Below, piece by piece: positions 12,795-25,469 of a stretch of 64,000 bases of DNA. Both the position numbers and the translations under genes were made by a program. Origin of the DNA: Hamiltosporidium tvaerminnensis FI-OER-3-3. Lineage: Eukaryota; Fungi; Microsporidia. The stretch lies in NCBI GenBank assembly GCA_022605425.2, contig CM061246.1:1550001-1614000 (forward strand), in the 5' to 3' direction. Below the pieces are notes generated by a model that saw nothing but the letters and a program-made list of their open reading frames with translations, was not told the origin of the DNA and made no database searches. Numbering within the stretch: the stretch's first letter is position 1; each line of letters begins with the position of its first letter.

Positions 12795-13377
12795 AAAAAT
12801 GAAGGGATGTTTGGTTTATGCCAAAAATAATTTTAAATAAAAATTTTACGCTTCTAAATTAAGAAATATTAACACAAAACAAGCAGTAAATAATTTTTAA
12901 ACCAAAAGTAAAAAAAAAATTCAATCAAATGATTTCCAAGTAAATTTTAAATTAAATTTAAAATGTTTTTTTTTAATTTGAAAGTCTATGGACAGATAAT
13001 TTTAAACTTAAAATCTTGAATTTTTTATTTTCTACTTCGCACTATAAAATTGGGGTTCAAATAATTTTTTGATTTCAAACCCTACTCTTTTTTCATTATC
13101 AATCAATAAGTTATATCGTTTCTTAAATTAGAATACGAATTCCTAAAAATTGGTTCTTAAAATTAAGAATTATAAATATGTAAATTTATTTTTACTGTTC
13201 TATTGATATAGAATTATTAGTGTTTATTGTCTTTTTTTCAACTACGGATCAGATATTGGTTTATAAATTAAATAAAAAAATGAAATATTCAGAATATTTA
13301 TTTTTTTGTAGAAATATAATTTTTCTTACCATTTTTGATTTCTTGAATCTAAAAAATATTTTTTTTTTGATGAGAGA

Positions 13378-13386
13378 CCCCCTTTA
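13378..13386 (+). promoter_or_regulatory. Microsporidian-type CCC motif before the start codon (representative site)
   Basis: CCCCCTTTA-ATG. Equivalent motifs occur before the ATGs at 3671, 12794, 16686, 38395, 38644, 39576, 51593 and 52925. Confidence 0.75.
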
Positions 13387-15075
13387 ATGGATATTGATGA
13401 AATACGAGAAAAAATAGTAGAAAAATTTACTTCTTCCTCCCTTTACACGGCAGAAGAGATATCAAATTGTTTGGAAATAAATAGAGGACCTAAAGGTGGT
13501 GATTTCTATCTTCAATTAGCCAGGATATCAAAAAATGTGTCACGGGATTATCAAGAGCTTATAAATTTTATTATTAAAAATCCATCGCCTTTGATTTTAT
13601 CGGTGAGTGTTTTAAATAATGCATTGGCTATAAAAATAAATAAATTTTCTGTTTTAAAACAGCTTTGTAAAAATATTTTTGAAAAAAATGATTCATTTGG
13701 AAAACAAGATTTAGGCAAAAACAAAAAAATTATTGTGGAGTACAGCAGTCCAAATATTGCAAAAATATTCCATGCTGGTCATCTACGAAGTACAATTTTA
13801 GGAAATTTTATTAAAAATATTTTTAAAATGTTTAATTATCAAGTAATTAGTATTAATTATTTGGGAGATTGGGGCAAACAGTTTGGATTAATAGGTGTAG
13901 CCTTAGATAAATATAAGAACGAAGAGGATTTAAAGAAGAATCCAGTGCGGTATCTCTACGATCTTTATGTAAGAATAAACAAGGAAGCTGAAGATGAACC
14001 AGAAATCCATGAAAAAGCCAAACAGTATTTTTTAGAACTTGAAAACGGAAACGAAGAAAAAATAAAAACATGGAAAGAATTAAGAGAGCTTAGTATTGAG
14101 AAATATAAAGAATTATACAAAATTTTAAACATTCATTTTGATGTTTTTGAAGGAGAAAGTATGTTTGGAGAAATTGGGAAAGAAATTATTGAAAAAACGG
14201 ACAAACTCGTTTGTGATGTTGATGGTTCAAAATATTTTGATTTGGGTGTTTTGGGAAAGTATATTGTCATTAAAAAAGATGGAAGTACTCTCTATTCTAG
14301 CAGAGATATCGGTGCAGCCACTAGTCGATTAAAAAAATACGATGCAGAAAAAATTATTTATGTGGTTGCCTCGCAACAAGATATGCATTTCAAACAACTT
14401 TTTAAAACCATGGAATGTTTGGGATATTCCACTGACAATTTTTTACATATAAATTATGGCTTAGTTGAAGGTATGTCAACAAGAAAAGGAACTGTCGTTT
14501 TTCTTGAAGACATTATAGACGAAGCAAAAGCTGCCATGTATGAGGCAATGCAAAGAAATCAAGAAAAATTTCTAAAAATTGAAAATCCAGAATTTACAAC
14601 AAACACATTGGCCGTATCTGCCATTATAATACAAGATTTCAGTGCAAAAAGAGTAAAAAATTACAAATTCGATATGACACGTAATACTACTACAGAAGGA
14701 GAAACCGGACCTTACCTTCAATACACTCATTGTCGTTTAGTAAGTATCGAGAATAAAAATAAAAATTTAAATTTTAAAGATTTGACTGAAATCAATTTTG
14801 ATTTAATAAAAGAAGAATCTGTCGCCGAATTGGTATACAATCTTTCAACTTATCCATATGTTTTAAGAGAAAGTCTTGAACATTTTGAGCCGTGTAAAAT
14901 TGTTACGTATTTGATGAAAATATCAAAGATGATTAACACACTTTTTATGACATTAAAAGTGTATGGCCAGCCTGAAAATATAGCAAAAGCTCGCTTGTCG
15001 GTTTTTCTTATTTCTAGGATTGTTTTAAACAGTGGTATGAAAGTTTTGGGGCTCATACCTCTAAGTAGGATGTGA
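13387..15075 (+). CDS. RARS: Arginyl-tRNA synthetase
   Basis: VEYSSPNIAKIFHAGHLRSTILG (HIGH), INYLGDWGKQFG, GMSTRKG, GPYLQYTHCRL and C-terminal anticodon-binding domain. Confidence 0.97.
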   Translation: MDIDEIREKIVEKFTSSSLYTAEEISNCLEINRGPKGGDFYLQLARISKNVSRDYQELINFIIKNPSPLILSVSVLNNALAIKINKFSVLKQLCKNIFEKNDSFGKQDLGKNKKIIVEYSSPNIAKIFHAGHLRSTILGNFIKNIFKMFNYQVISINYLGDWGKQFGLIGVALDKYKNEEDLKKNPVRYLYDLYVRINKEAEDEPEIHEKAKQYFLELENGNEEKIKTWKELRELSIEKYKELYKILNIHFDVFEGESMFGEIGKEIIEKTDKLVCDVDGSKYFDLGVLGKYIVIKKDGSTLYSSRDIGAATSRLKKYDAEKIIYVVASQQDMHFKQLFKTMECLGYSTDNFLHINYGLVEGMSTRKGTVVFLEDIIDEAKAAMYEAMQRNQEKFLKIENPEFTTNTLAVSAIIIQDFSAKRVKNYKFDMTRNTTTEGETGPYLQYTHCRLVSIENKNKNLNFKDLTEINFDLIKEESVAELVYNLSTYPYVLRESLEHFEPCKIVTYLMKISKMINTLFMTLKVYGQPENIAKARLSVFLISRIVLNSGMKVLGLIPLSRM

Positions 15076-15880
15076 TATCATAATTTTACTAATAAAATTT
15101 TAATTTTAATTTGATCTTAATTTTAATTCTATTTAAGCTGATTCAGTCAAGAAATTTGCTTTCTTTTAAACATTGTAGCATCTATTTAATAAACGATAAA
15201 TTCACCTCTTAAATTTATAAATAATCAGAATCGGAATAATAAACCTGATATATTTATTTTAGATTAAAAATGAAGCCAAATGACACATCCATGACCCAAA
15301 ATTATGTTTTTGTAAGCCGATTTGGTTTTGATTATTAAATCAAAAAACCATAAAAGTCTGGGCTTCTTGACTCATGAGTTCAATCATGTGCAATTGTGTT
15401 GAAATAATTCTTTATGTAATATCTTGGGATGGTATTTCTACTAAATATTACAAAATGCTTTTTATTATGAAGTAATACATGTCAGGATCGAGACATATAT
15501 TCAATATATAGCACACAAAAAGACAGTCAAACCAATATATTTTGTTCGAAATGAGATTTAAAGTCGGGACAAAATTCGGGGTAGGAATGAGAAAGAGGTA
15601 TTCAGATATCTCAAAAGATTAAAAATATATTTATTTATATCACTATTTAATCTTATTTGAAAAGTATATTGTATTTAATTTATAATTAGGAGAAAGATTC
15701 TATAAATATAGACAAGAAAAATATGATCATAAATACATTTAACCTTACTTCGTGTTAATGAAAACCGGATTTTGAATCACATATTCACCTTTTAAATTCT
15801 GGATTTAAATAAATTTCATTTCATCGCAAAGCTTGAATTCCAAGTAAAATATGATTTTTAAGTATTTTTAATTTTATATA

Positions 15881-16113
15881 GCTTAAATACTTACTTACTT
15901 ATTCCTGTCTTCTTTTAGACTTCGGTTTCGAGTATGTAACAAATGAAAATTTTCCGTTTGTTCTTTTTAATCGGTATAACTGGGGATTATAGGGGATTGA
16001 CCTATAAATCCAGCTTGGTTTATATTTCACAAAAATCTCAACAATCATTTTCAAAAAATGATTGACACTCATCGCCACGCAGATAGTTTTTAATTCTGCT
16101 GTCCTCTCTCCAT
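15881..16113 (-). mobile_element. Short SINE-like element (family S)
   Basis: Same head and (TAAG)n tail as 6209-6438; both share GCTTAAATACTTACTTA at the tail end. Confidence 0.8.
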
Positions 16114-16685
16114 CGGCATATCTGAAATATAAAATTAAAAATACTTTTCATTTTCGTATAAATATTTTATTCCAATCCAAATTTTTTAAACAATTTCTTA
16201 TCGTTTTTTAAATCCAAATATTTATCTGTAATCTCTTATCTTTTATAATTTAACTTTAATATATTTATTACTTAATTTTTTGTTAGGAATATTTAAATGT
16301 ATTTTAATCATTTTAAACTTATAATTAGTTCTGATTGCAAAAAATATTTAATCTTAAATTTTATTTTAGCGTTTTACTTTTCATTTTTAGGTTTTTTATA
16401 TCAAATTATCTTTCCAAATTTGCTTAAAGTTTTATCGTTTCGTTTTCAATTTATTTCTCTCTCGAGTATTTAATCTAAAAGTTTAATTAGAAATCACTTG
16501 TCCTTCATTTAAAATCACTGTCATTTTCTTGGCGTTTCTTTATATTTTAGAGTATTCTTGGGAAATGTAGTATATTGGTCTTTCCAAATAAAATACATCA
16601 TTATTTACTTGTTTTCTTATAATTTTCATTTTAAAAAAGGAGTTATCCAATAACCTGTAAAAATATTTACCCCCTTTATCGAATT

Positions 16686-17699
16686 ATGAAGAGTCGCCAG
16701 TGTTGGATATGTTTAATGAACGAAGAAGAAACATTGCAAGATACTGAATTTATGAAATATGTTGATAAAAAAGAAATATGGGTTCGTCCATGTAAATGTA
16801 CAGGTGCCACTCAATGGATACATAAATACTGTTTTATGAGGTATATAGAAAATAGATGGCCAACGAATAACCGATGTTCATTTTGTAAAGTGGAATATGT
16901 AATAATAAGCAGAAATTATTTGTACATTTTTTTCTATGAAAAAATATCAGAATTTATTGCAAAGATTCTTACGATTACTTCATTGGTTTTTATGGTCATG
17001 GCAACATATATTTGTCTTTTTTCGTATGGTTTCAGTGTATTTATAATATTTATGGGATTTAAAGAAAGTATTGATCTGTTGTTTTACGAAGAAGATGGAA
17101 GTTTCTTTCCGTATACTGGAAACTTGTTAAGAGTTTTTATGGGTGCACCGTTGATTCCAATCACAATGATATATACTTCATATGTCAAATTTTCTTTTAC
17201 TTTTCATATTTTACCTTCTTTGATAATTCTTAATTATTCTAAAATGAATTTTTCCAATGCTGCTACGTCTTTATTGCCGTTAACGTTTTTTATTTATAAA
17301 AAAATAATTAATAATTTGAAAAATAAATTGAAATCAATTTATCGAACAGGAACTGGAAATACGTATCAAAGTGAAATCGTTTTTAATAATCAAGTTATAC
17401 CTCTTAAAGCTGTTATGTCTTGTTTGATTTCGCCATATATGGCGAGTTTTTTAGGTTATTTATTTTTTAATCAAAAATTTATTGGAATAGAACAATCATT
17501 GATGGGCGGAGTATTATATGTTGGTATTAAAGATTTATTGAGTATTACTTACTTAATTTTTTTAAAAAGAAGAAGTAAAAATATAAAAATTATTGATCAA
17601 GGTGGAGATGAGATTAAAGAAAACACAGGAGATGGTTTTGAAGATAATAATAATGATTCTTTCAATGGAGAAATACTTATTGAAGGTATTATTGAATAG
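16686..17699 (+). CDS. MARCH5-like RING-CH membrane E3 ubiquitin ligase
   Basis: CWIC...WVRPCKCTGATQWIHKYC...CSFC RING-CH, then several TM segments including APLIPITMI and SLMGGVLYVGIK, which parallel MARCH5. Confidence 0.85.
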   Translation: MKSRQCWICLMNEEETLQDTEFMKYVDKKEIWVRPCKCTGATQWIHKYCFMRYIENRWPTNNRCSFCKVEYVIISRNYLYIFFYEKISEFIAKILTITSLVFMVMATYICLFSYGFSVFIIFMGFKESIDLLFYEEDGSFFPYTGNLLRVFMGAPLIPITMIYTSYVKFSFTFHILPSLIILNYSKMNFSNAATSLLPLTFFIYKKIINNLKNKLKSIYRTGTGNTYQSEIVFNNQVIPLKAVMSCLISPYMASFLGYLFFNQKFIGIEQSLMGGVLYVGIKDLLSITYLIFLKRRSKNIKIIDQGGDEIKENTGDGFEDNNNDSFNGEILIEGIIE

Positions 17700-18221
17700 T
17701 TTGATATTCCTACATGATTTATATTTAAATAAATTTAAATTCTAGATATTTGCTGTTTTTTAGGTTTTTGGGGTGTTTTATTGGCTACAATTGTTCGTCT
17801 TCGAAATATTATTTTTTTATTTTTATTTAATTTATAGTTTTTAAAATATTCCGCTTATGAATTAGATTAATTTAGTTTTAAATGTAAAATATTACATAAA
17901 TACTTCTTTTTGTTTCATTTTATTTCTTTTAGATTTCTATTTGTTAATACTATAAATTTTAGTCGGGAAATTAATAAAAGTGATTTTATTCTTAGATATA
18001 AATTATTTTTTTGTTTTTCTTATCATTTTATTAGCCAAAAGATGAAATTAAAAAATTATTGTTCGTTAATTGATACTCCTATTGCTATAAAAGTTCAAAT
18101 TTACTAAAAAAAAGGGGGAAAGAATTGTTCGGATAATAAACAATAAAATAGGAAATTAATTAAACAAAAAATTTTTGTTAAAAATTATAACCGCATTTCA
18201 CTCAAACTTGTAACCATAAAT

Positions 18222-21200
18222 TTTATTTAATAAAATTCTGGGTTACAAAATTCATCTCTTTTATATAATTTTTTTACCATTTTACTCACTGACTGCCTTC
18301 CTCTAAATCCCACCCTTTATTTACATAGGTTGTCGGTTCATCCACAGTGGCTACGTAATATAAAATAACGGACGAGATATTTTTCCTATTATATTTTTTT
18401 TAGCAACATCTGCCTCGTTATTCATTTACTTAAAAGTAGTATGGTTGTTTATGCGTCTCAGCACCTAAAATAACATTAAATGATGCACTCTCCCTACTCT
18501 CCTCGGCATTTAGCCAGATTTAAGTCCTCTTTGTTGATCAAAGGGAATTTTTTAGACCGTCTTCTTGTGTACTATGAATTGTATATACGCCTCAACATTC
18601 ATGGGTATTTGTAGTCTTTTAAGATACTTCTTATGGTATTTTGTCACAATACTGTCCCTGTCCATCACATAAAGAATTATCTCCACGCTAAAGTTATAAA
18701 TAAGACCCAATTTATTTGCTAATAAGTCATACTTCCTAAGCTTTCTGTTTTAAATATTTGAAATGAGTCTTAGGAAGTGATTCCTATTTTATCAAGGATT
18801 ATCTTATTCTGAATCTTGTCTTAAATGAATTTAGCTGGCCAATTATTCCGAGTTCTAAAATTAGTTTTTGTTCCCGTGTCTACTCTCACCTCTGCATACT
18901 CTTTATACAGAATTTCTTGAACTGAGTGGCTTTTAATTTGTTTAGAAGGCTTAAATTAATATCTATTTGACATAAAAGAATCTATATATTGTGCCACTTT
19001 ATTTTATTATCTATTATAGTCATGGCCAAGCATTCTTCACATATTTTTGCTAAGTTTTTACTGTTTTCCTAGACGTGCTGCAGTGTGAAAAAACATCTTC
19101 TGCACTTCGGAATAGTTTCTATCTCGGATATAGCAGAATAATGCTTTAACACGTGGTCTTACACTTCCTTTGTAACAATATCGAAGAATCGTTTACACTT
19201 ACTAGCGCCTTACTTCTAAATTTATATAACTTTGAATATAGTTTTCGTTTTCGATTTCGTAATAAAAATTAACTAGTTGCTCTTCTTCTAATTTCTTTTT
19301 AGTGACTTCCTCTTCCAACTATATTTAATTTTTAAAAAAATTTTCACTAGTGCAAGGTGAGGCTTGTTATTGTTCTCAACCTTATAGCTTGCTGCTCTTC
19401 TGATCGATGATTTTTATCTTTTTCCAGACAATCCTGGAGTGTCAAAATTATTTGTTTCATTTTAAACTCGAAACTATGTAAACCCCTTCCAAGTTCTGTA
19501 CGTGGAAGGCATAGAAGTTCTTTAAATCCTGGGCGTATATGTATTTTGTTTTTCACCAGCATCTCACGGACTGCATCATCTAAATTAGAGAAGTCGCTAA
19601 TTTTAAAACGAAATACACCTATATGATAGCTTAGTAAAGAAATTATATTCTGATAGATAGCTTGAAATAAATTTCTTGCATTTAATTTCGTGCGACAAAG
19701 TCTTTCTACTCATGCTATAAGCTTAGTCTGTACTCTCTCTAACGACTTACTTGTTGGGATTCCTCTCCTATTTTCTATTATTCCAAGGTATTTGTAAAAT
19801 CGTATTCCTTCAATAAGAGTAGCAACATCTGCACAACACGGAGAATTTGTGACTAACTTCTGTTTATTGATCTCAATCCTATGTTTTTCATTAACCGTTT
19901 TACAACCTCTGCCGTCTATTCTAATGTTTGTCTATCTTTAGCAAGGTGTTTAAGATCATCAATGAACAAGAGATGATTGTTAAAGTGAGATAAGGTCTCC
20001 GCCTTGAATGTCACTTTTATGTATTTCTCATCGAGCTTTCGGCTTAATAATTCAAATTCAGCACAAAGAACAAAAAATAAGATTATTATCCTACAAAATC
20101 CTGCTATTTTACTTTGATTTTTATGATTTTTTCTGGCTCTACTGAAATATCAATTTTCAATTTTGATATAAAACCCTTAATAAATCTAAAGATCCTAACA
20201 AATAAATTACAGCTTTCGATGTATTAAGTCATTTAAGCATAATCTATTGGATCATAAGCTTTTTGACACAAATCAACTCTGTCTTAAGATTATTTCTACA
20301 TTCTTTGTAAATTAGACAATGTTCAGTAAAGCCCTCTCCTTTGCCCCTTGCACACCTCTCACTGTTCCTAACTGGTTATTTGAAAGAATCCTCTTTTTTC
20401 TACCCCAAGCTAAAAGACTTTCGTTACACATTTCGTCGTTAATTTGTACAAGTTTAACATACAGGTAATTGGTTCATATCGTAACCTCTCGGAGATGTAC
20501 TTTTTGGTATCAGCATGTTAGTCCACAATTATACCAATTGGCTTGAGGCTTTTCATCTAAACATAGACTTTGACAATATCATAAGGACATTTAGGAAGAC
20601 TCGTATGTTTTTTTGATATAAGAGTCCTAAATACGATCTATTCTGAAAGTTTTTCGGTTAGGAAGCCAATTGATAATATCCACAAACTTTTCAAGTTAAA
20701 AAAACGTGATCTAATAAGTATCTGACACGAAAGGTACAAAGTAGTATTCATAAATAAAAATTTTATCATCTTTTTTGATTTTTTAGACCCAAATTCTTAT
20801 TTTTAGTAACGATTCCCTTCATGTTCGGATTCAAAGTGCTCGGACAATCCACGATAGAATCTACCTCGAAATGAATCAAACATACGATTAAGTTTTCGGA
20901 ATTGCTTCCTATTTTCATGCATCGTAATTTTTTTGATAGACGTTCAATGACTCATTCTTATTAACCAAAGTCACAGAAAGATTAGTTACAATGCTTAAGT
21001 TTAATTTAAACTCTCGCATGATTTTCTTAAGGCTTTTGCTTCTGAAGTCAAGAGATTTTCTTCCCTACGAGTCTTCTATAAGATATGCGGAAATTAATTT
21101 CTTAGAAACTTAACTTTGCATGCTTTCCTTCCAAGCGGATGTAAGTTTTATCTCATGCCACCTCGTCATAGTATCTCGGCTTACCTAACTGATTCGATCT

Positions 21201-21830
21201 GCAACAGTATCAGCCATGGTTACATAAGATTCAGCAAATTCACTTTTATGTTAATCCAGAGTGTAAAAACTCTACTTCCAACCAATTTACTTTGGGACTT
21301 TTCACGTCTTTGCACTACACTCTTCCCCGATTTCCTTCTTTGAGAATTCATTGATTTTTTTACAAGAAATTATCTCACGAGTTAATATAAAGTGTGATAT
21401 CAGTTAAGGAACATGACTCAGCGGAAAAATGGCGATTCTATGTCCCCCTCGTATTTTTTCCCCTTAATTACTTTTCCAAATTTTGATATTAATTTTTATA
21501 AGACATCGATATCAAGAGTACGGCCAAATTTCCCATTCTATTATCTAAAAATTGCAGAAAGGCTATTTCTGAACGCCCTCTAAAATCTCTTTTGCTCTAC
21601 AAAAGAAGATCTAGGCAATGTTCTACCGCTGTGACAAAGTCAAATATTTATTTAATGCCATAGATTCGTTTACTTCTGGAATAACAACAGTATTAGGGTT
21701 TTCAGTGCTGTTAGCTGGTTTACACACAGACGAGTCTTAGACAAGAATACTAAGGTATGGTATCAAGCGATCAGTTGGAGTAGTATGGCAATTATTGTTT
21801 GATGGTGAGTGTATATTTTCATAAATGGTT
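18222..21830 (-). mobile_element. Near full-length, decayed R4/Dong-like non-LTR retrotransposon (RT plus RLE endonuclease)
   Basis: Minus-strand motifs NQLGTVRGVQGAKE (~20370), KKAYD (~20260), HLLFIDDLK (~19960), YKYLG (~19790), LPRTELGRGL (~19500) and LRKYDLLAN (~18730); many stops and frameshifts. Confidence 0.9.
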
Positions 21831-22099
21831 TTTTGTGGTGTAAGCCTCTATTATATTGTTACTATATCTAATGCACATGATTTTATGCCTCCTTAACTAG
21901 TTACCAAGTTGTTCATAGCATTTATTTTTTTCATTTTTTATATTTTTGCTGTCAGCATTTTTCTTTCTGCCATACGACACAAATACTCTAAAATTTATAA
22001 ATCGTAATAATCTACGAATTTTTTGTGAAAAAATTAAAATCAAATTTATGTTTAAAATCGAATTTAAATTTATTTCTTTCCGATATTTTTATTTGATTT

Positions 22100-22733
22100 G
22101 GGACAGATCCGACATATTCATTTTAGATAAGAAGAAGAATAAAAAACACTCATTGAAGTAGGAATCACTTCCCAAGATTCACTTCAAATAGTTGAAACTG
22201 AAAAACTTGGAAGTATGACCTGCTCTAGCCAATAAGTTGGGTCTTCTTTATAAGTGTAGTGTTGCGATAATCTCTTATGTGATGACCTGAGACGGTATTG
22301 TGACGAAATACCACAAATCTCATCTTAAGAGACTAAAAATACCCATGAATGTAAGGTATACATTCAGTCTATAGTACTGGAGAAGGCGGTCGAAACAATT
22401 TCCTTTGATCGACGAAGAGTACTTGACTCAGGACTAAAATCCGAAGGGAGCTGAGAGAGAGTCATTGGGTGTTATTATGAGAGTAGAGATGCATGAGGAA
22501 CCAATACCCCCTTTAAAAGAAGATAAGAGAGAGGAAGATGGTGTTAAAACAGAAAATATGAAAAATATTATACCCCATATTTCAGAAGAAAGAATCACGT
22601 TAGAGGTCCCGCCCAAAAACATAAATGAAGAGTCGGATTCGGAAGAATTGACAGCAGTTGTTAAAGAGGTAGAAGAAAATATATAAAAATGGTAAAAATA
22701 TTTTAACTCAGAATTTTATACAACAAAAAAAAT
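22100..22733 (+). mobile_element. 5'-truncated RLE retrotransposon copy
   Basis: Near-identical to 26420-27046 (PDIFILD, IEVGITSQD, acidic C-terminal tail). Confidence 0.9.
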
Positions 22734-24199
22734 ATACTTAGCTATATACTATTAGATAAGTAAAACAGTTTATTATACTACACCTTCTGCTTTAAATGTA
22801 TTTTTATCTAATTTAATTTCCCTAACAATTAAAATATTATATTCCATCCTAATATAATTTCACATTAATTTAATTCATTCTAATAAATTTCTTATAATTC
22901 AATCTTAATTTTATTCGATGATTTAATTTTAATCTTATCTGATAAAATGATGCCTGTATGATCGTTTTAGCATCTAATTCGTATACTTTGGGTTCCTAAT
23001 TTTTATTTAGAAGTTCTAAATACTAACCAAGTAACTTAAAGATCAAAACAATAGAATTATGTTTCTGTATCAAGAATATTATTTTAAATAAATATGATAA
23101 CGGTTTCCATCTTGAATTTTATTACTAGTTTAAACAATATAAGAAAAATCTTAAACAAAAAAACTTCATAATTTTCCTTATATTAAATTAAAATAATACT
23201 TTAAGTGAATAGAATGCTAGTATGAGATATATCCCCGATATAATTTATTCTTAGCATCTAATTATGTTTTATTCCCGTGTGTTACCCAAAAAATTCTGTT
23301 GCAAACATACAGTGGATTACTAGTATTTTACAATATATTATGCTATTAATTTACTATGTATTTCTTTGTTACCCGATAGAAATCAAACGATTGCATTTAC
23401 ATGTGTTTTTAATCTATCAAAGATTTTGGCAAGTATTGGAGTATAAATATAGCAGATTAAAACAAAATTTTCGGTTTATAAATTATACTATGAATGGAAC
23501 TTAATATAACAGATAAGTTATACTGAGAACCCGATGAAAATTATTTTTTGATAAAATATTTAAAATTTAATTACAAAATTCGGACTTATAATCTCATTTG
23601 TTAGCTAAAAATTTTTAAAAAATATAAATTCAAATAAAATGTAGGACTTAAATAAACGTGTCTGCTAGCCGAAAAGGGTAAAAAAATATCTACATACTAA
23701 AATAAAATGTAAAATTCTTTTTTTATTCTCTTCTATCAGATATAAAGTACTTTTGAGTTAATATTTTTTATCGAATTCTATCTATTTCGAGAAGATATAT
23801 AATTTTAGTATTTACAATTATTCTGCCTGAATACACTTTTTAATTTAAAAAAATAATAGATAAAAAAATAAAAGATTTAAAAATAATTTAGCTTAAATAA
23901 ATCTCTTTTCTTACAAAACGAAACCGCATCTTGAATTGATGATTTAAAATAGTCAATTGTTTGTATTTTATTTGAAAATAACAATATAAGATATGATAAT
24001 AAATGGTAGATGAATTTCATTAAAGTTTAATTTAATTTCTGATGTAATATCATTAAGGAAACTAAAATAAGATCAAAAGATACATTAAAAACCTTTTTTT
24101 ATTTTGATACACTTTGTTTAAGATAAAGAAAATCAATGCAAATTTATAAACAAACACTCGATTTTAAATCTATATAATAAAAAAAACAATAATAAACAA

Positions 24200-25405
24200 A
24201 TGATTGGCAAAATAAAGAACAGCGGAAATATTAAAAAAATTAATATTTCAGAAGTAACAAAAAATCAGGGACTTGAATCGAGTGAACTGATTGGAATCTT
24301 AAATAAAATCGAAGAATGCAAGCAAGATAGTAATGATATGGGAAATATACATAAAAGTATATTTAGAATCATTAAAAATTCGAAATTGAAGAAGAAAGAA
24401 GAAAAGAGTATTAAAACTAAAGAAGATTTAGAAAAAGCAAATTTATCCTTTCTTGAAAATGTAGCAGTTAAAGTTCATGAAATCAACATTTGGAATCATG
24501 AAGATAAGAGATTCCCCATGTTAAAATATCATATGGAATATAAATTTCCTATAATGATATACAAAAAAAATGAAATTTATTTTCAATCAAAGCTGGTAAA
24601 TGAACCATCTCGAGATAAAAACCAAGAAATTCCTTTTAATAAATTAGAAAACAAGGAAACAAAAGCTAAAAATACTATAAAATATGATTTACTTAGTGAT
24701 AAAGAAAAGATCAAATTGGCTTGTTTTTGCTTTAAGAAGCTTCGTAAATATAGATCCAGTTTTAAAGATAATATTTTAGAAAAAATTTCAGATATATTCA
24801 GATCTTCGTTTAAGAAAGATTCTTAACATATAAAAAAAGCAAATAACTTTGTTTATACCGTTGGTGACCATATTATAGATGAAGGAATCAAAAAAGAGGG
24901 ATTGTTTAGAATTTCCGGTAAATATACCTATTATAAATTTATGCCGGGTGTTTTAGCTGCAGGTAAGAGATATGATTATACTGAGTTATCTGTTCATGAC
25001 AACGCTTCAATTTTCAAAGCATATATTCGGGAGATAATGAATGGGATAATTTCAGTTCAGATTGCAGAAAGGGTGATGAAAATAATAAAAAACCAGACGG
25101 ATCCTTCGATAATAGAATATATTGTGCCTTTAATAATATTTTCGATTACAAATGAAAATAGAAAGATGCTTATGTATTTACAGAAAATCTTTCGAAAAAT
25201 TGATCAGTATTCAAAAGATAATAAAATGGGGTCAGATAATCTATATAAAATTTTTACTCCCACTATTTTTCCAAATATTGAATGTTATGATTTGCAATCC
25301 ATAAATTTGCAAATTGTGATTGTAAAAAGAATTTTTGAGTCAAATTTAACAGAAATCCCTTGTTTTTTGTATGAAGAAGCACTTTCGGTACCTAAAAATC
25401 AATAA
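24200..25405 (+). pseudogene. RhoGAP-domain gene interrupted by one in-frame TAA
   Basis: ORFs 24200-24826 and 24902-25405 are in the same frame with only the TAA at 24824-24826 between them. Downstream are EGLFRISG (arginine finger) and NKMGSDNLYKIFTPTIF. Confidence 0.8.
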
Positions 25406-25469
25406 ATCCTTTCATTTTTCTACTTTTAATGTTTTCATTTTATATTTTAGCTATATTTGAATATATTTT

